From NCBI GenBank assembly GCA_023422115.1, contig JAEZSA010000064.1:1-49610 (forward strand): DNA of 49,610 nt, written 5' to 3'. The DNA comes from Bacillota bacterium (GTDB lineage: Bacteria > Bacillota_I > Bacilli_A > ML615J-28 > CAG-698). Of the stretch, positions 46,391 through 49,610 are shown piece after piece (position 1 is the stretch's first letter; each line of letters begins with the position of its first letter). The notes under the pieces were generated by a model. The model searched no databases. It was not told where the DNA came from and saw nothing but the letters and a program-made list of their open reading frames with translations. The position numbers and the translations under genes are program-made.

Positions 46391-47569
46391 TTATTCACCA
46401 AAAACTCCTTTATATTCATAACCTAATTGTATTACATTTTCATTAAATTCAAATTGATCTTGCAATCCTTTTGAAATATATACTTCGTATTTGTCATTAT
46501 TTTTAATGACATAGACTGCTTCCAATCCGCTTATTTGACTCACAAGTTCCATTCCTTTTTCCAATCCCAATGCTAATAGAGTCGTACTATATCCATCTGC
46601 TTCAATTGATGAATCTGTGATGACACTCACACTAATCACTTGGTTATGAAAAGGAAATCCCGTTCGTGGATCTAATATATGATGATATTCTTTTTGATCT
46701 TTATCAACAACATATTTCTCATAAACACCTGAAGTTACTAGTGTCTTATCACTGAGATAAAATCGTCCATAATAATACATCTGATCTTCTTGAGTATAGC
46801 TATAACGCTCAATATATGGGGTCTGCAAAGAAGTTTTCCAACCTTTCTTTTGATAGGTTCCCATAATAATCAGGTTCTTTCCAATGTCTATTACAGCATC
46901 ATGAAATCCTTGTTCTTGTAGATAAGAACGGATACAATCTGCAACATACCCTTTTACAATTCCTCCTAAATCCAGTTTCATTCCTTTGGTTTCTAAAAAT
47001 ACCGTTTTTTCCGTTTCATTGATTTTAATTTTATGATAATCAACCAACGGTAAATACTCTATAATGTCATCAGGAACCGTGATAGTAATCGGATTATAAA
47101 TACTATAATACGATTCAATGAAATTCCATTGCTCCCACACAGGAGCAATTGTCGGATCAAATAACGCAATTCCATCCACTTCTGATATTTCAGCTACTTC
47201 TATTGCTTTCTTTAAAACAAAGATTACTTCATCACTTACAGTCGTTGGTATAATTCCTGCATTTTCATTTATCATCATCAATTCTGTCTTGTACTGATCT
47301 TCTCGTTCTTGAACATTGAATAAACGATCTATTCTTAATAAAATCTTATCTATTTCTTGATAAACTATTTCCAATTCTTCTTCTTTATCTATCGTTGTCA
47401 CGATTTTCACATTGTTTACAGTATTGTAATACATATCAAAATTTAAATCGTAAATTTTACTTTGATTTGTCGTACAACCTACAAGAAAGATTATCATAAT
47501 CAAGATATTGATAATCAAACCCCTAATCATCAAGAATTTAATATTGGTTTGTAATAAAATTCGTTTCAT
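46391..47569 (-). CDS. apbE: FAD:protein FMN transferase (ApbE family) lipoprotein
   Basis: Lipobox FLVGC and ApbE motifs DLGGIVKGYVAD, HHILDPRTGFP and SVSVITDSSIEADGYSTTLLALG. ATG 47569 with GAGGA RBS is preferred, because a TGCTATAAT promoter lies inside the longer ORF-track version. Confidence 0.85.
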   Translation of the reverse strand: MKRILLQTNIKFLMIRGLIINILIMIIFLVGCTTNQSKIYDLNFDMYYNTVNNVKIVTTIDKEEELEIVYQEIDKILLRIDRLFNVQEREDQYKTELMMINENAGIIPTTVSDEVIFVLKKAIEVAEISEVDGIALFDPTIAPVWEQWNFIESYYSIYNPITITVPDDIIEYLPLVDYHKIKINETEKTVFLETKGMKLDLGGIVKGYVADCIRSYLQEQGFHDAVIDIGKNLIIMGTYQKKGWKTSLQTPYIERYSYTQEDQMYYYGRFYLSDKTLVTSGVYEKYVVDKDQKEYHHILDPRTGFPFHNQVISVSVITDSSIEADGYSTTLLALGLEKGMELVSQISGLEAVYVIKNNDKYEVYISKGLQDQFEFNENVIQLGYEYKGVFGE

Positions 47570-47593
47570 AGTATCCTCGTTTAAACTTATATT

Positions 47594-47602
47594 ATTATAG
47601 CA
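47594..47602 (-). promoter_or_regulatory. extended -10 promoter element for apbE-suf
   Basis: Minus strand TGCTATAAT, ~25 nt upstream of ATG 47569. No good -35 seen. Confidence 0.45.
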
Positions 47603-47644
47603 AATTTTTTTCATTCTTGCTGTAAATATAATAATTTTTTTTTA

Positions 47645-47678
47645 TGAGAAAAGAAAAACACTTGGCTTTGCCAAGTGT
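47645..47678 (-). terminator. intrinsic terminator after ORF 47687-48271
   Basis: Perfect 9-bp stem ACACTTGGC-TTT-GCCAAGTGT (47658-47678), followed on the minus strand by TTTTCTTTTCTC. Confidence 0.8.
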
Positions 47679-47686
47679 ACAAGTCA

Positions 47687-48271
47687 CTAAAGATTGTCTG
47701 CCCAGTAATTATAATACCCTATCACATCATCATATGCCAACGATTCAGCGGTGTATTCTAACATTTTTTGCTTTTCTTGTTCGATTAATTCATTCCATTC
47801 TTTGCTGTTCTTTTTTATTTTTGATGCAAGAATGTCCTCATAATGCTCACTATAAAAAATAACATATGGTATTTCTTCTGCCACTTTCATCGTGATCTCC
47901 TGAATTTTTTCTTGAATTTCTTGAACTTTTTTATTGTTTTTTTCCCATTCTTCGAGAACCATTTTCTTTCTTTTTAGTGTTCTTGTTGTAACAATTACTC
48001 CTATTCCAATTAGGATAAGGCTAAACACAATACTTCCCCATAAGAGATACTCATTTTTTATCCCACCAAGGAGAATCACTACAACAATAAAAATAAGCAA
48101 ACATATCATTGCTCCTGTATAATAAATTTGATCTTTTATTTTTTTCTTGTTTTGAGCTATGATTGGCCAAAAATAACTGGTAATAGTATTATACTCTCTT
48201 GAATAGTAATCTTTGAGTTGTAACATATCACTTTCATATTCGCGTAATTTTTTATTTTCTCTAATTTCCAT
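47687..48271 (-). CDS. hypothetical membrane protein (two central TM helices, coiled-coil-like C-terminal half)
   Basis: 194-aa ORF, GGGAG RBS, own promoter and terminator. No family recognised. Confidence 0.45.
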   Translation of the reverse strand: MEIRENKKLREYESDMLQLKDYYSREYNTITSYFWPIIAQNKKKIKDQIYYTGAMICLLIFIVVVILLGGIKNEYLLWGSIVFSLILIGIGVIVTTRTLKRKKMVLEEWEKNNKKVQEIQEKIQEITMKVAEEIPYVIFYSEHYEDILASKIKKNSKEWNELIEQEKQKMLEYTAESLAYDDVIGYYNYWADNL

Positions 48272-48293
48272 ATCAATTACTCCCTTTGTTAGT

Positions 48294-48322
48294 ATTCTAA
48301 CACAGAAATGAAACGATGTAAA
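48294..48322 (-). promoter_or_regulatory. sigma-A type promoter for ORF 47687-48271
   Basis: Minus strand TTTACA (48317-48322), 17-nt spacer, TAGAAT (48294-48299). Confidence 0.5.
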
Positions 48323-48340
48323 TATTCATTCCATATTTAC

Positions 48341-48382
48341 CAATTATAAAAAACGATAGTCGATCTCTAGACTATCGTTTTT
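48341..48382 (-). terminator. intrinsic terminator embedded in the last codons of the anti-sigma-like gene
   Basis: Stem ACGATAGTC / GACTATCGT with an 8-nt loop, encoding ...NDSLEIDYRF. The U-tract TTTTTTATAA contains the TAA stop (48344-48346). Confidence 0.7.
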
Positions 48383-49390
48383 ACTGATGATTATTTCCTT
48401 GTCTTCATTTACAAAGTAATACCTAACTTCTGACAAATTGACGATTTCGACTCTAATGTTACCGCGATATTTATCATATCTACTACGAATAATCAGGTTT
48501 GAATCTAAGTACAAAGCATCAAAACGCCCTCTTATTCTTCCCTCACGAGAATCAATGCTTATAATTTTAAATCCTCTTCTTTCTCCGATACCAATTGCTA
48601 ATTCACTTGTTCGACGTTTATTAGTAAATTCACGATAGATAAATTTTGTCATTCCTTCTTCAACAACTTGATGAATTGAAACAAAGTCGCCTTCATTAAA
48701 GTAAATTCTAATAATTAGTGTGTGTTCTTCTCCTAATGTTTCTTGTGCTCCCTTGATTACATAGGTTTTTCCATCTATTTCAATGATACCATCAAGACGA
48801 TAGATATCATCTTTTATATCCGTCTTATTATAATTCATGATATACTCAACAATCAATCCTTCATATAAAGGTGCCTTAATTACCATTTGATATTGATAAT
48901 CATCCCCTATGCTACTCTCTTCTGCTACTTCAACGATTTCATCATCTAGTAATTGTTTAATAGTATAAATATATTTATTTAGTTCTTGAGCAACACGATC
49001 AAGCTCTGTTTCTTCCGCTTGCCTTTTTGCTAGTTCAAGTAAACTGTACTCACCATTTACTCCACTTAATGTGGCTTCACTCAAACTCATATTATAAACC
49101 ATATTTGCTGCTGCTGCTATTTCAAATGCATAGGTTTCATCTACTGTTTCAAGCCCTGGTATTTCACTCGCCGGTTTAATGTTATCATTATTCCAAATAA
49201 AGTAGCCAATAAAAGCCAGTACTAATATAGTAAGTAAAGAAAATCCCCATTTGAAAGATGCCTTTTTTTGTCTTAAAGAGATCGTGTGATTGATTTTATA
49301 TTGCGCCTTAATATTTGCACTATAATCTACAATTTTTTTGCTATCTGCTTCGCTTTTTAAGTCATTAATAAATTTCTCATAGTTATTCAT
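48344..49390 (-). CDS. putative membrane-anchored anti-sigma factor with large extracytoplasmic domain
   Basis: Short (~45 aa) cytoplasmic N-terminus, one TM helix (WGFSLLTILVLAFIGYFIW), then a ~280-aa external domain. ATG 49390 overlaps the stop of the upstream sigma gene (ATGAATAA). No zinc-binding HxxxCxxC motif. The call is based on position only. Confidence 0.45.
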   Translation of the reverse strand: MNNYEKFINDLKSEADSKKIVDYSANIKAQYKINHTISLRQKKASFKWGFSLLTILVLAFIGYFIWNNDNIKPASEIPGLETVDETYAFEIAAAANMVYNMSLSEATLSGVNGEYSLLELAKRQAEETELDRVAQELNKYIYTIKQLLDDEIVEVAEESSIGDDYQYQMVIKAPLYEGLIVEYIMNYNKTDIKDDIYRLDGIIEIDGKTYVIKGAQETLGEEHTLIIRIYFNEGDFVSIHQVVEEGMTKFIYREFTNKRRTSELAIGIGERRGFKIISIDSREGRIRGRFDALYLDSNLIIRSRYDKYRGNIRVEIVNLSEVRYYFVNEDKEIIISKNDSLEIDYRFL

Positions 49391-49610
49391 TTTCTTCACC
49401 TACCTTTCTTTTCATCTTCTTAACTGCATTATTATAAATCCACGTAATGGTTCCCAGTGGCTTATTCATAATTTGCGCGATTTCACGATGCTTTAATTCA
49501 TCGACAATATGCAACAAAAAAACCTCTAATTCTTCTTTCTCCAATGTTTCCATCACCAAATCTAATAAAGGTGTTTCTTGTTTTGGTGCTGCTTGAAAGG
49601 AGTTATCATG
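49383..49610 (-). CDS. ECF-type sigma-70 family factor, C-terminal part (gene runs off the window end)
   Basis: Own translation: ...LVMETLEKEELEVFLLHIVDELKHREIAQIMNKPLGTITWIYNNAVKKMKRKVGEENE*. This matches a sigma-70 region 4.2 helix-turn-helix. Confidence 0.75.
   Translation of the reverse strand, partial: HDNSFQAAPKQETPLLDLVMETLEKEELEVFLLHIVDELKHREIAQIMNKPLGTITWIYNNAVKKMKRKVGEENE

Noticed and set aside
1-49610. Mollicutes-type genetic code (UGA = Trp)
   Set aside because: Several well-supported genes (the sufU-type, RluA-family and small TM protein genes) terminate at TGA at the expected length. No conserved protein needs an in-frame TGA read-through, so the standard bacterial code fits.

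Overview
This is a 49.6-kb, very AT-rich (roughly 30% G+C by eye) stretch that looks like core chromosome of a low-GC Bacillota-type organism. A minimal ~110-nt SRP RNA, BspA-type LRR lipoproteins, LtaS and standard UGA stops suggest an Erysipelotrichia/Mollicutes-adjacent lineage. About 50 CDS are present, nearly all on the minus strand and tightly packed with many ATGA/TAATG overlaps.

Housekeeping blocks I recognise:
- lysA (partial)-dus-SRP RNA-tadA-tdk, and rpmE
- glyA and lysS
- hslO, an M42 peptidase and maf
- a GH4 glycosidase with a BadF-type kinase
- tilS-hpt-ftsH-yabO(rqcP)
- sufC-D-S-U-B
- tRNA-Tyr and tRNA-Gln

I saw no integrase, transposase, phage, CRISPR or recognisable defence genes. 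There is no long non-coding region other than the SRP RNA locus and a ~145-nt leader upstream of an LRR lipoprotein.

Candidates for undescribed biology, all unproven from sequence alone:
1. An envelope-modification block: DUF4358 lipoprotein, MBOAT, DHHW/AlgJ-like protein, a catalytically degenerate ABC-ATPase-like protein with a permease-like partner, and LtaS.
2. A translationally coupled operon: YcxB, YcxB, a small membrane protein, RluA-type pseudouridine synthase, DUF2207 and LemA.
3. An intact but catalytically stripped, C-terminally truncated aspartase/fumarase paralog.
4. A 1524-aa REC-like/PAS/degenerate-GGDEF/EAL/PAS-array/GGDEF c-di-GMP protein.
5. An ApbE lipoprotein abutting the head of the suf operon.

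Start codons were refined by eye from RBS and overlap logic. All family assignments come from motif recognition, not database searches.
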